Shown here: positions 1 to 13,600 of the stretch, one piece after another
Numbering within the stretch: position 1 is the first letter of the stretch
Layout of the letters: each line of letters begins with the position of its first letter
Assembly: GCF_009914755.1 (NCBI RefSeq)
Contig: NC_060933.1
Origin: the human T2T-CHM13v2.0 reference genome, Homo sapiens
DNA: 64,000 nt
Reading direction: 5' to 3' (one strand)
The notes under the pieces: model-generated
What the model was told of the DNA's origin: nothing
The model's database searches: none
What the model saw: the letters and a program-made list of their open reading frames with translations, nothing else
Translations under genes and position numbers: made by a program

Positions 1-366
1 TGGATATTCGGATAGCTTTGAAGGTTTCGTTGGAAACGGGAATATCTTCATATAAAATCTAGACGGAAGCATTCTCAGAAACTGCTTTGTGATGTTTTCA
101 TTCAAGTCACAGAGTAGAATGTTCCCTGTTATATACCAGGTTTGAGACACTCTTTCTGCACTACCTGGAAGTGGACGTTTGGAGCGCTTTGAGGCCTATG
201 TTGAAAAAGGAAATATCTTCCCATAAAAACTAGACAGAAGCATTCTCAGAAACTTGTTTGTGATGTGTGTATTCAACTAACAGAGATGAACCTTTCTTTT
301 TACAGAGCAGTTTTGAAACACTCTTTTTGTGGAATCTGAAAGTGGATATTTGGATAGCTTTGAGGA

Positions 367-383
367 TTTCGTTGGAAACGGGA
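367..383 (+). promoter_or_regulatory. CENP-B box in monomer a (representative; ~170 core-intact boxes in the window by manual count)
   Basis: TTTCGTTGGAAACGGGA matches the established core nTTCGnnnnAnnCGGGn. Confidence 0.95.
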
Positions 384-533
384 TTACATATAAAACCTAG
401 AGAGAAGCATTCTCAGGAACTTCTTTGAGATGTTTGCATTCAAGTCACAGAACTGAACATTCCCTTTCATAGAGCAGGTTTGAAACACTCTTTCTGTAGT
501 ATCTGCAAGCTGACGTTTCAAGCGCTTTCAGGC

Positions 534-550
534 CTATGGTGAGAAAGGAA
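534..550 (+). promoter_or_regulatory. pJalpha-like (A-type) box in monomer b (representative; variants in d and g)
   Basis: CTATGGTGAGAAAGGAA sits at the position homologous to the CENP-B box and has one mismatch to CTAYGGTGRAAAAGGAA. Confidence 0.8.
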
Positions 551-704
551 ATATCTTCAAGTAAAAACTAGACAGAAGCATTCTCAGAAACTTATTTGCG
601 ATGTGTGTTCTCAACTAACAGAGTTGAACCTTTGTTTTGATATGGCATTTTGGAAACACTCTTTTTGTAGAATCTGCAGGTGGATATTCGGATAGCTTTG
701 AAGG

Positions 705-721
705 TTTCGTTGGAAACGGGA
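705..721 (+). promoter_or_regulatory. CENP-B box in monomer c (representative)
   Basis: TTTCGTTGGAAACGGGA, full core match. Confidence 0.95.
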
Positions 722-3086
722 ATATCTTCATATAAAATCTAGACGGAAGCATTCTCAGAAACTGCTTTGTGATGTTTTCATTCAAGTCACACAGTAGAAT
801 GTTCCCTGTTATATACCAGGTTTGAGACACTCTTTCTGCACTACCTGGAAGTGGACATTTGCAGCGCTTTGAGGCCTATGATGAAAAAGGAAATATCTTC
901 CCATAAAAACTAGACAGAAGCATTCTCAGAAACTTGTTTTTGATGTGTGTATTCAACTAACAGAGATGAACCTTTCTTTTTACAGAGCAGTTTTGAAACA
1001 CTCTTTTTGTGGAATCTGAAAGTGGATATTTGGATAGCTTTGAGGATTTCGTTGGAAACGGGATTAAATATAAAATCTAGAGAGAAGCATTCTCAGGAAC
1101 TTCTTTGTGATGTTTGCATTCACGTCACAGAACTGAACATTCCCTTTCATAGAGCATGTTTGAAACACTCTTTCTGTAGTATCTGCAAACGGACATTTCA
1201 AACGCTTTCAGGCCTATGGTGAGAAAGGAAATATCTTCAAATAAAAACTAGACAGAAGCATTCTCAGAAACTTATTTGCGATGTGTGTCCTCAACTAACA
1301 GAGTTGAACCTTTCTTTTGATACAACATTTTGGAAACACTCTTTTTGTAGAATCTGCAAGTGGATATTTGAATAGCTTTGAAGGTTTCGTTGGAAACGGG
1401 AATATCTTCATATAAAATCAAGACAGAAGCATTCTCAGAAACTTCTCTGTGATGTTTGCATTCAACTCATAGAGTTGAACACTTCCCTTCATACAGCAGG
1501 TTTGAAACACTCTTTTTGTAATATTTGGAAGTGGACATTTGCAGCGCTTTGAGGCCTATGATGAAAAAGGTAATATCTTCCCATAAAAACTAGACAGAAG
1601 CATTCTCAGAAACTTGTTTGTGATGTGTGTATTCAACTAACAGAGATGAACCTTTCTTTTTACAGAGCAGTTTTGAAACACTCTTTTTGTGGAATCTGAA
1701 AGTGGATATTTGGATAGCTTTGCGGATTTCGTTGGAAACGGGATTACATATAAAACCTAGAGAGAAGCATTCTCAGGAACTTCTTTGCGATGTTTGCATT
1801 CAAGTCACAGAACTGAACATTCCCTTTCATAGAGCAGGTTTGAAACACTCTTTCTGTAGTATCTGCAAGCTGACGTTTCAAGCGCTTTCAGGCCTATGGT
1901 GAGAAAGGAAATTTCTTCAAGTAAAAACTAGACAGAAGCATTCTCAGAAACTTATTTGCGATGTGTGTTCTCAACTAACAGAGTTGAACCTTTGTTTTGA
2001 TATGGCATTTTGGAAACACTCTTTTTGTAGAATCTGCAGGTGGATATTCGGATAGCTTTGAAGGTTTCGTTGGAAACGGGAATATCTTCATATAAAATCT
2101 AGACGGAAGCATTCTCAGAAACTGCTTTGTGATGTTTTCATTCAAGTCACAGAGTAGAATGTTCCCTGTTATATACCAGGTTTGAGACACTCTTTCTGCA
2201 CTACATGGAAGTGGACGTTTGGAGCGCTTTGAGGCCTATGTTGAAAAAGGAAATATCTTCCCATAAAAACTAGACAGAAGCATTCTCAGAAACTTGTTTG
2301 TGATGTGTGTATTCAACTAACAGAGATGAACCTTTCTTTTTACAGAGCAGTTTTGAAACACTCTTTTTGTGGAATCTGAAAGTGGATATTTGGATAGCTT
2401 TGCGGATTTCGTTGGAAACGGGATTACATATAAAATCTAGGGAGAAGCATTCTCAGGAACTTCTTTGTGATGTTTGCATTCAAGTCACAGAACTGAACAT
2501 TCCCTTTCATAGAGCAGGTTTGAAACACTCTTTCTGTAGTATCTGCAAGCGGACGTTTTAAGCGCTTTCAGGCCTGTGGTGAGAAAGGAAATATCTTCAA
2601 ATAAAAACTAGACAGAAGCATTCTCAGAAACTTATTTGCGATGTGTGTCCTCAACTAACAGAGTTGAACCTTTCTTTTGATACAACATTTTGGAAACACT
2701 CTTTTTGTAGAATCTGCAAGTGGATATTTGGATAGCTTTGAAGGTTTCGTTGGAAACGGGAATATCTTCATATGAAATCAAGACAGAAGCATTCTCAGAA
2801 ACTTCTCTGTGATGTTTGCATTCAACTCATAGAGTTGAACACTTCCCTTCATACAGCAGGTTTGAAACACTCTTTTTCTAATATTTGGAAGTGGACATTT
2901 GCAGCGCTTTGAGGCCTATGTTGAAAAAGGAAATATCTTCTCCTAAAAACCAGACAGAAGCATTCTCAGAAACTTCCTTGTGATGTGTGTACTCAAGTAA
3001 CAGAGTTGAACCTTCCTTTTGACAGAGCAGTTTTGAAGCACTCTTTTTGTAGAATCTGCAAGTGGATATTTTGATACCTTTGAGGA

Positions 3087-3103
3087 TTTCGTTGGACACG
3101 GGA
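3087..3103 (+). promoter_or_regulatory. Variant CENP-B box in monomer e, core intact
   Basis: TTTCGTTGGACACGGGA: A>C at position 11, outside the nine core bases. Confidence 0.8.
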
Positions 3104-3256
3104 TATCTTCATATAAAATCTAGACAGAAGCATTCTCAGAAACTTCTTTGTGCTGTATGTCCTCAATTAACAGAGTTGAACCTTTGTGTGGATACAGCAT
3201 TTTGGAAACATTCCTTTAGTAGAATCTGCAAGTTGATATTTAGATAGCTAGGAAGA

Positions 3257-3273
3257 TTTCCTTGGAAACGGGA
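3257..3273 (+). other. Degenerate CENP-B box in monomer f
   Basis: TTTCCTTGGAAACGGGA: core TTCG changed to TTCC in all f copies. Confidence 0.9.
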
Positions 3274-3472
3274 ATATCTTCATATAAAATCTAGACGGAA
3301 GCATTCTCAGAAAGTGCTTTGTGATGTTTGCATTCAAGTCACAGAGTTGAATATTCCCTTTTATAGAGCAGGTTTGAAACACTCTTTCTGCACTACCTGG
3401 AAGTGGACATTTGGAGCGCTTTGAGGCCTATGTTGAAAAAGGAAATATCTTCCCATAAAAACTAGACAGAAG

Positions 3473-6400
3473 CATTCTCAGAAACTTGTTTGTGATGTGT
3501 GTATTCAACTAACAGAGATGAACCTTTCTTTTTACAGAGCAGTTTTGAAACACTCTTTTTGTGGAATCTGAAAGTGGATATTTGGATAGCTTTGAGGATT
3601 TCGTTGGAAACGGGATTACATATAAAACCTAGAGAGAAGCATTCTCAGGAACTTCTTTGTGATGTTTGCCTTCAAGTCACAGGACTGAACATTCCCTTTC
3701 ATAGAGCAGGTTTGAAACACTCTTTCTGTAGTATCTGCAAGCTGACGTTTCAAGCGCTTTCAGGCCTATGGTGAGAAAGGAAATATCTTCAAGTAAAAAC
3801 TAGACAGAAGCATTCTCAGAAACTTATTTGCCATGTGTGTTCTCAACTAACAGAGTTGAACCTTTGTTTTGATACGGCATTTTGGAAACACTCTTTTTGT
3901 AGTATCTGCAGGTGGATATTCGGATAGCTTTGAAGGTTTCGTTGGAAACGGGAATATCTTCATATAAAATCTAGACGGAAGCATTCTCAGAAACTGCTTT
4001 GTGATGTTTTCATTCAAGTCACAGAGTAGAATGTTCCCTGTTATATACCAGGTTTGAGACACTCTTTCTGCACTACCTGGAAGTGGACGTTTGGAGCGCT
4101 TTGAGGCCTATGTTGAAAAAGGAAATATCTTCCCATAAAAACTAGACAGAAGCATTCTCAGAAACTTGTTTGTGATGTGTGTATTCAACTAACAGAGATG
4201 AACCTTTCTTTTTACAGAGCAGTTTTGAAACACTCTTTTTGTGGAATCTGAAAGTGGATATTTGGATAGCTTTGAGGATTTCGTTGGAAACGGGATTACA
4301 TATAAAACCTAGAGAGAAGCATTCTCAGGAACTTCTTTGAGATGTTTGCATTCAAGTCACAGAACTGAACATTCCCTTTCATAGAGCAGGTTTGAAACAC
4401 TCTTTCTGTAGTATCTGCAAGCTGACGTTTCAAGCGCTTTCAGGCCTATGGTGAGAAAGGAAATATCTTCAAGTAAAAACTAGACAGAAGCATTCTCAGA
4501 AACTTATTTGCGATGTGTGTTCTCAACTAACAGAGTTGAACCTTTGTTTTGATATGGCATTTTGGAAACACTCTTTTTGTAGAATCTGCAGGTGGATATT
4601 CGGATAGCTTTGAAGGTTTCGTTGGAAACGGGAATATCTTCATATAAAATCTAGACGGAAGCATTCTCAGAAACTGCTTTGTGATGTTTTCATTCAAGTC
4701 ACACAGTAGAATGTTCCCTGTTATATACCAGGTTTGAGACACTCTTTCTGCACTACCTGGAAGTGGACATTTGCAGCGCTTTGAGGCCTATGATGAAAAA
4801 GGAAATATCTTCCCATAAAAACTAGACAGAAGCATTCTCAGAAACTTGTTTTTGATGTGTGTATTCAACTAACAGAGATGAACCTTTCTTTTTACAGAGC
4901 AGTTTTGAAACACTCTTTTTGTGGAATCTGAAAGTGGATATTTGGATAGCTTTGAGGATTTCGTTGGAAACGGGATTAAATATAAAATCTAGAGAGAAGC
5001 ATTCTCAGGAACTTCTTTGTGATGTTTGCATTCACGTCACAGAACTGAACATTCCCTTTCATAGAGCATGTTTGAAACACTCTTTCTGTAGTATCTGCAA
5101 ACGGACATTTCAAACGCTTTCAGGCCTATGGTGAGAAAGGAAATATCTTCAAATAAAAACTAGACAGAAGCATTCTCAGAAACTTATTTGCGATGTGTGT
5201 CCTCAACTAACAGAGTTGAACCTTTCTTTTGATACAACATTTTGGAAACACTCTTTTTGTAGAATCTGCAAGTGGATATTTGAATAGCTTTGAAGGTTTC
5301 GTTGGAAACGGGAATATCTTCATATAAAATCAAGACAGAAGCATTCTCAGAAACTTCTCTGTGATGTTTGCATTCAACTCATAGAGTTGAACACTTCCCT
5401 TCATACAGCAGGTTTGAAACACTCTTTTTGTAATATTTGGAAGTGGACATTTGCAGCGCTTTGAGGCCTATGATGAAAAAGGTAATATCTTCCCATAAAA
5501 ACTAGACAGAAGCATTCTCAGAAACTTGTTTGTGATGTGTGTATTCAACTAACAGAGATGAACCTTTCTTTTTACAGAGCAGTTTTGAAACACTCTTTTT
5601 GTGGAATCTGAAAGTGGATATTTGGATAGCTTTGCGGATTTCGTTGGAAACGGGATTACATATAAAACCTAGAGAGAAGCATTCTCAGGAACTTCTTTGC
5701 GATGTTTGCATTCAAGTCACAGAACTGAACATTCCCTTTCATAGAGCAGGTTTGAAACACTCTTTCTGTAGTATCTGCAAGCTGACGTTTCAAGCGCTTT
5801 CAGGCCTATGGTGAGAAAGGAAATTTCTTCAAGTAAAAACTAGACAGAAGCATTCTCAGAAACTTATTTGCGATGTGTGTTCTCAACTAACAGAGTTGAA
5901 CCTTTGTTTTGATATGGCATTTTGGAAACACTCTTTTTGTAGAATCTGCAGGTGGATATTCGGATAGCTTTGAAGGTTTCGTTGGAAACGGGAATATCTT
6001 CATATAAAATCTAGACGGAAGCATTCTCAGAAACTGCTTTGTGATGTTTTCATTCAAGTCACAGAGTAGAATGTTCCCTGTTATATACCAGGTTTGAGAC
6101 ACTCTTTCTGCACTACATGGAAGTGGACGTTTGGAGCGCTTTGAGGCCTATGTTGAAAAAGGAAATATCTTCCCATAAAAACTAGACAGAAGCATTCTCA
6201 GAAACTTGTTTGTGATGTGTGTATTCAACTAACAGAGATGAACCTTTCTTTTTACAGAGCAGTTTTGAAACACTCTTTTTGTGGAATCTGAAAGTGGATA
6301 TTTGGATAGCTTTGCGGATTTCGTTGGAAACGGGATTACATATAAAATCTAGGGAGAAGCATTCTCAGGAACTTCTTTGTGATGTTTGCATTCAAGTCAC

Positions 6401-7384
6401 AGAACTGAACATTCCCTTTCATAGAGCAGGTTTGAAACACTCTTTCTGTAGTATCTGCAAGCGGACGTTTTAAGCGCTTTCAGGCCTGTGGTGAGAAAGG
6501 AAATATCTTCAAATAAAAACTAGACAGAAGCATTCTCAGAAACTTATTTGCGATGTGTGTCCTCAACTAACAGAGTTGAACCTTTCTTTTGATACAACAT
6601 TTTGGAAACACTCTTTTTGTAGAATCTGCAAGTGGATATTTGGATAGCTTTGAAGGTTTCGTTGGAAACGGGAATATCTTCATATGAAATCAAGACAGAA
6701 GCATTCTCAGAAACTTCTCTGTGATGTTTGCATTCAACTCATAGAGTTGAACACTTCCCTTCATACAGCAGGTTTGAAACACTCTTTTTCTAATATTTGG
6801 AAGTGGACATTTGCAGCGCTTTGAGGCCTATGTTGAAAAAGGAAATATCTTCTCCTAAAAACCAGACAGAAGCATTCTCAGAAACTTCCTTGTGATGTGT
6901 GTACTCAAGTAACAGAGTTGAACCTTCCTTTTGACAGAGCAGTTTTGAAGCACTCTTTTTGTAGAATCTGCAAGTGGATATTTTGATACCTTTGAGGATT
7001 TCGTTGGACACGGGATATCTTCATATAAAATCTAGACAGAAGCATTCTCAGAAACTTCTTTGTGCTGTATGTCCTCAATTAACAGAGTTGAACCTTTGTG
7101 TGGATACAGCATTTTGGAAACATTCCTTTAGTAGAATCTGCAAGTTGATATTTAGATAGCTAGGAAGATTTCCTTGGAAACGGGAATATCTTCATATAAA
7201 ATCTAGACGGAAGCATTCTCAGAAAGTGCTTTGTGATGTTTGCATTCAAGTCACAGAGTTGAATATTCCCTTTTATAGAGCAGGTTTGAAACACTCTTTC
7301 TGCACTACCTGGAAGTGGACATTTGGAGCGCTTTGAGGCCTATGTTGAAAAAGGAAATATCTTCCCATAAAAACTAGACAGAAG
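3473..7384 (+). repeat. 23-mer HOR, 3912 bp
   Basis: 5 tetramers (3473, 4153, 4833, 5513, 6193) + trimer at 6873. Confidence 0.92.
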
Positions 7385-10300
7385 CATTCTCAGAAACTTG
7401 TTTGTGATGTGTGTATTCAACTAACAGAGATGAACCTTTCTTTTTACAGAGCAGTTTTGAAACACTCTTTTTGTGGAATCTGAAAGTGGATATTTGGATA
7501 GCTTTGAGGATTTCGTTGGAAACGGGATTACATATAAAACCTAGAGAGAAGCATTCTCAGGAACTTCTTTGTGATGTTTGCCTTCAAGTCACAGGACTGA
7601 ACATTCCCTTTCATAGAGCAGGTTTGAAACACTCTTTCTGTAGTATCTGCAAGCTGACGTTTCAAGCGCTTTCAGGCCTATGGTGAGAAAGGAAATATCT
7701 TCAAGTAAAAACTAGACAGAAGCATTCTCAGAAACTTATTTGAGATGTGTGTTCTCAACTAACAGAGTTGAACCTTTGTTTTGATATGGCATTTTGGAAA
7801 CACTCTTTTTGTAGAATCTGCAGGTGGATATTCGGATAGCTTTGAAGGTTTCGTTGGAAACGGGAATATCTTCATATAAAATCTAGACGGAAGCATTCTC
7901 AGAAACTGCTTTGTGATGTTTTCATTCAAGTCACACAGTAGAATGTTCCCTGTTATATACCAGGTTTGAGACACTCTTTCTGCACTACCTGGAAGTGGAC
8001 ATTTGCAGCGCTTTGAGGCCTATGATGAAAAAGGAAATATCTTCCCATAAAAACTAGACAGAAGCATTCTCAGAAACTTGTTTTTGATGTGTGTATTCAA
8101 CTAACAGAGATGAACCTTTCTTTTTACAGAGCAGTTTTGAAACACTCTTTTTGTGGAATCTGAAAGTGGATATTTGGATAGCTTTGAGGATTTCGTTGGA
8201 AACGGGATTAAATATAAAATCTAGAGAGAAGCATTCTCAGGAACTTCTTTGTGATGTTTGCATTCACGTCACAGAACTGAACATTCCCTTTCATAGAGCA
8301 TGTTTGAAACACTCTTTCTGTAGTATCTGCAAACGGACATTTCAAACGCTTTCAGGCCTATGGTGAGAAAGGAAATATCTTCAAATAAAAACTAGACAGA
8401 AGCATTCTCAGAAACTTATTTGCGATGTGTGTCCTCAACTAACAGAGTTGAACCTTTCTTTTGATACAACATTTTGGAAACACTCTTTTTGTAGAATCTG
8501 CAAGTGGATATTTGAATAGCTTTGAAGGTTTCGTTGGAAACGGGAATATCTTCATATAAAATCAAGACAGAAGCATTCTCAGAAACTTCTCTGTGATGTT
8601 TGCATTCAACTCATAGAGTTGAACACTTCCCTTCATACAGCAGGTTTGAAACACTCTTTTTGTAATATTTGGAAGTGGACATTTGCAGCGCTTTGAGGCC
8701 TATGATGAAAAAGGTAATATCTTCCCATAAAAACTAGACAGAAGCATTCTCAGAAACTTGTTTGTGATGTGTGTATTCAACTAACAGAGATGAACCTTTC
8801 TTTTTACAGAGCAGTTTTGAAACACTCTTTTTGTGGAATCTGAAAGTGGATATTTGGATAGCTTTGCGGATTTCGTTGGAAACGGGATTACATATAAAAC
8901 CTAGAGAGAAGCATTCTCAGGAACTTCTTTGCGATGTTTGCATTCAAGTCACAGAACTGAACATTCCCTTTCATAGAGCAGGTTTGAAACACTCTTTCTG
9001 TAGTATCTGCAAGCTGACGTTTCAAGCGCTTTCAGGCCTATGGTGAGAAAGGAAATTTCTTCAAGTAAAAACTAGACAGAAGCATTCTCAGAAACTTATT
9101 TGCGATGTGTGTTCTCAACTAACAGAGTTGAACCTTTGTTTTGATATGGCATTTTGGAAACACTCTTTTTGTAGAATCTGCAGGTGGATATTCGGATAGC
9201 TTTGAAGGTTTCGTTGGAAACGGGAATATCTTCATATAAAATCTAGACGGAAGCATTCTCAGAAACTGCTTTGTGATGTTTTCATTCAAGTCACAGAGTA
9301 GAATGTTCCCTGTTATATACCAGGTTTGGGACACTCTTTCTGCACTACATGGAAGTGGACGTTTGGAGCGCTTTGAGGCCTATGTTGAAAAAGGAAATAT
9401 CTTCCCATAAAAACTAGACAGAAGCATTCTCAGAAACTTGTTTGTGATGTGTGTATTCAACTAACAGAGATGAACCTTTCTTTTTACAGAGCAGTTTTGA
9501 AACACTCTTTTTGTGGAATCTGAAAGTGGATATTTGGATAGCTTTGCGGATTTCGTTGGAAACGGGATTACATATAAAATCTAGGGAGAAGCATTCTCAG
9601 GAACTTCTTTGTGATGTTTGCATTCAAGTCACAGAACTGAACATTCCCTTTCATAGAGCAGGTTTGAAACACTCTTTCTGTAGTATCTGCAAGCGGACGT
9701 TTTAAGCGCTTTCAGGCCTGTGGTGAGAAAGGAAATATCTTCAAATAAAAACTAGACAGAAGCATTCTCAGAAACTTATTTGCGATGTGTGTCCTCAACT
9801 AACAGAGTTGAACCTTTCTTTTGATACAACATTTTGGAAACACTCTTTTTGTAGAATCTGCAAGTGGATATTTGGATAGCTTTGAAGGTTTCGTTGGAAA
9901 CGGGAATATCTTCATATGAAATCAAGACAGAAGCATTCTCAGAAACTTCTCTGTGATGTTTGCATTCAACTCATAGAGTTGAACACTTCCCTTCATACAG
10001 CAGGTTTGAAACACTCTTTTTCTAATATTTGGAAGTGGACATTTGCAGCGCTTTGAGGCCTATGTTGAAAAAGGAAATATCTTCTCCTAAAAACCAGACA
10101 GAAGCATTCTCAGAAACTTCCTTGTGATGTGTGTACTCAAGTAACAGAGTTGAACCTTCCTTTTGACAGAGCAGTTTTGAAGCACTCTTTTTGTAGAATC
10201 TGCAAGTGGATATTTTGATACCTTTGAGGATTTCGTTGGACACGGGATATCTTCATATAAAATCTAGACAGAAGCATTCTCAGAAACTTCTTTGTGCTGT

Positions 10301-10616
10301 ATGTCCTCAATTAACAGAGTTGAACCTTTGTGTGGATACAGCATTTTGGAAACATTCCTTTAGTAGAATCTGCAAGTTGATATTTAGATAGCTAGGAAGA
10401 TTTCCTTGGAAACGGGAATATCTTCATATAAAATCTAGACGGAAGCATTCTCAGAAAGTGCTTTGTGATGTTTGCATTCAAGTCACAGAGTTGAATATTC
10501 CCTTTTATAGAGCAGGTTTGAAACACTCTTTCTGCACTACCTGGAAGTGGACATTTGGAGCGCTTTGAGGCCTATGTTGAAAAAGGAAATATCTTCCCAT
10601 AAAAACTAGACAGAAG
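7385..10616 (+). repeat. 19-mer HOR, 3232 bp
   Basis: 4 tetramers + trimer at 10105. Confidence 0.92.
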
Positions 10617-13600
10617 CATTCTCAGAAACTTGTTTGTGATGTGTGTATTCAACTAACAGAGATGAACCTTTCTTTTTACAGAGCAGTTTTGAAACACTCT
10701 TTTTGTGGAATCTGAAAGTGGATATTTGGATAGCTTTGAGGATTTCGTTGGAAACGGGATTACATATAAAACCTAGAGAGAAGCATTCTCAGGAACTTCT
10801 TTGTGATGTTTGCATTCAAGTCACAGAACTGAACATTCCCTTTCATAGAGCAGGTTTGAAACACTCTTTCTGTAGTATCTGCAAGCTGACGTTTCAAGCG
10901 CTTTCAGGCCTATGGTGAGAAAGGAAATATCTTCAAGTAAAAACTAGACAGAAGCATTCTCAGAAACTTATTTGCGATGTGTGTTCTCAACTAACAGAGT
11001 TGAACCTTTGTTTTGATATGGCATTTTGGAAACACTCTTTTTGTAGAATCTGCAGGTGGATATTCGGATAGCTTTGAAGGTTTCGTTGGAAACGGGAATA
11101 TCTTCATATAAAATCTAGACGGAAGCATTCTCAGAAACTGCTTTGTGATGTTTTCATTCAAGTCACACAGTAGAATGTTCCCTGTTATATACCAGGTTTG
11201 AGACACTCTTTCTGCACTACCTGGAAGTGGACATTTGCAGCGCTTTGAGGCCTATGATGAAAAAGGAAATATCTTCCCATAAAAACTAGACAGAAGCATT
11301 CTCAGAAACTTGTTTTTGATGTGTGTATTCAACTAACAGAGATGAACCTTTCTTTTTACAGAGCAGTTTTGAAACACTCTTTTTGTGGAATCTGAAAGTG
11401 GATATTTGGATAGCTTTGAGGATTTCGTTGGAAACGGGATTACATATAAAATCTAGAGAGAAGCATTCTCAGGAACTTCTTTGTGATGTTTGCATTCACG
11501 TCACAGAACTGAACATTCCCTTTCATAGAGCATGTTTGAAACACTCTTTCTGTAGTATCTGCAAACGGACATTTCAAACGCTTTCAGGCCTATGGTGAGA
11601 AAGGAAATATCTTCAAATAAAAACTAGACAGAAGCATTCTCAGAAACTTATTTGCGATGTGTGTCCTCAACTAACAGAGTTGAACCTTTCTTTTGATACA
11701 ACATTTTGGAAACACTCTTTTTGTAGAATCTGCAAGTGGATATTTGAATAGCTTTGAAGGTTTCGTTGGAAACGGGAATATCTTCATATAAAATCAAGAC
11801 AGAAGCATTCTCAGAAACTTCTCTGTGATGTTTGCATTCAACTCATAGAGTTGAACACTTCCCTTCATACAGCAGGTTTGAAACACTCTTTTTGTAATAT
11901 TTGGAAGTGGACATTTGCAGCGCTTTGAGGCCTATGATGAAAAAGGTAATATCTTCCCATAAAAACTAGACAGAAGCATTCTCAGAAACTTGTTTGTGAT
12001 GTGTGTATTCAACTAACAGAGATGAACCTTTCTTTTTACAGAGCAGTTTTGAAACACTCTTTTTGTGGAATCTGAAAGTGGATATTTGGATAGCTTTGCG
12101 GATTTCGTTGGAAACGGGATTACATATAAAACCTAGAGAGAAGCATTCTCAGGAACTTCTTTGCGATGTTTGCATTCAAGTCACAGAACTGAACATTCCC
12201 TTTCATAGAGCAGGTTTGAAACACTCTTTCTGTAGTATCTGCAAGCTGACGTTTCAAGCGCTTTCAGGCCTATGGTGAGAAAGGAAATATCTTCAAGTAA
12301 AAACTAGACAGAAGCATTCTCAGAAACTTATTTGCGATGTGTGTTCTCAACTAACAGAGTTGAACCTTTGTTTTGATATGGCATTTTGGAAACACTCTTT
12401 TTGTAGAATCTGCAGGTGGATATTCGGATAGCTTTGAAGGTTTCGTTGGAAACGGGAATATCTTCATATAAAATCTAGACGGAAGCATTCTCAGAAACTG
12501 CTTTGTGATGTTTTCATTCAAGTCACAGAGTAGAATGTTCCCTGTTATATACCAGGTTTGAGACACTCTTTCTGCACTACCTGGAAGTGGACGTTTGGAG
12601 CGCTTTGAGGCCTATGTTGAAAAAGGAAATATCTTCCCATAAAAACTAGACAGAAGCATTCTCAGAAACTTGTTTTTGATGTGTGTATTCAACTAACAGA
12701 GATGAACCTTTCTTTTTACAGAGCAGTTTTGAAACACTCTTTTTGTGGAATCTGAAAGTGGATATTTGGATAGCTTTGAGGATTTCGTTGGAAACGGGAT
12801 TACATATAAAACCTAGAGAGAAGCATTCTCAGGAACTTCTTTGTGATGTTTGCATTCACGTCACAGAACTGAACATTCCCTTTCATAGAGCATGTTTGAA
12901 ACACTCTTTCTGTAGTATCTGCAAACGGACATTTCAAACGCTTTCAGGCCTATGGTGAGAAAGGAAATATCTTCAAATAAAAACTAGATAGAAGCATTCT
13001 CAGAAACTTATTTGCGATGTGTGTCCTCAACTATCAGAGTTGAACCTTTCTTTTGATACAACATTTTGGAACCACTCTTTTTGTAGAATCTGCAAGTGGA
13101 TATTTGAATAGCTTTGAAGGTTTCGTTGGAAACGGGAATATCTTCATATAAAATCAAGACAGAAGCATTCTCAGAAACTTCTCTGTGATGTTTGCATTCA
13201 ACTCATAGAGTTGAACACTTCCCTTCATACAGCAGGTTTGAAACACTCTTTTTGTAATATTTGGAAGTGGACATTTGCAGCGCTTTGAGGCCTATGATGA
13301 AAAAGGAAATATCTTCCCATAAAAACTAGACAGAAGCATTCTCAGAAACTTGTTTGTGATGTGTGTATTCAACTAACAGAGATGAACCTTTCTTTTTACA
13401 GAGCAGTTTTGAAACACTCTTTTTGTGGAATCTGAAAGTGGATATTTGGATAGCTTTGCGGATTTCGTTGGAAACGGGATTACATATAAAATCTAGGGAG
13501 AAGCATTCTCAGGAACTTCTTTGTGATGTTTGCATTCAAGTCACAGAACTGAACATTCCCTTTCATAGATCAGGTTTGAAACACTCTTTCTGTAGTATCT

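Larger units (their letters stand above)
241..920 (+). repeat. Representative 680-bp tetramer a(241-407)-b(408-578)-c(579-749)-d(750-920)
   Basis: Monomer starts at 241, 408, 579, 750 and 921. Monomer a is 167 bp (GGGATTACATAT versus GGGAATATCTTCATAT). The 680-bp spacing is mirrored by the recurring MYSTNR ORF starts (947, 1627, 2307). Confidence 0.95.
1..3472 (+). repeat. Partial HOR (end of T1, T2, T3, T4a/T2 hybrid, T4, trimer), same structure as the following 23-mer
   Basis: a monomers at 241, 921, 1601 and 2281; trimer at 2961. Confidence 0.9.
2961..3472 (+). repeat. Representative 512-bp trimer e(2961-3130)-f(3131-3301)-g(3302-3472) that closes each HOR
   Basis: Diagnostic strings AAACTTCCTTGTG (e), TGTGCTGTATGTCCTCAATT (f) and AAAGTGCTTTGTG (g). 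24 copies in the window. Confidence 0.95.

Noticed and set aside
388-395. TATAAAA TATA-like motifs downstream of CENP-B boxes as promoters
   Set aside because: This is ordinary AT-rich monomer consensus, and promoter activity cannot be supported from sequence alone.
704-717. Small dyads (GTTTC-GTTG-GAAAC over the c box; AAGCGCTT, AGGCCT, TCTAGA palindromes) as cruciform signals
   Set aside because: Stems are only 3-5 bp and generic to alpha satellite, so there is nothing specific to this window.
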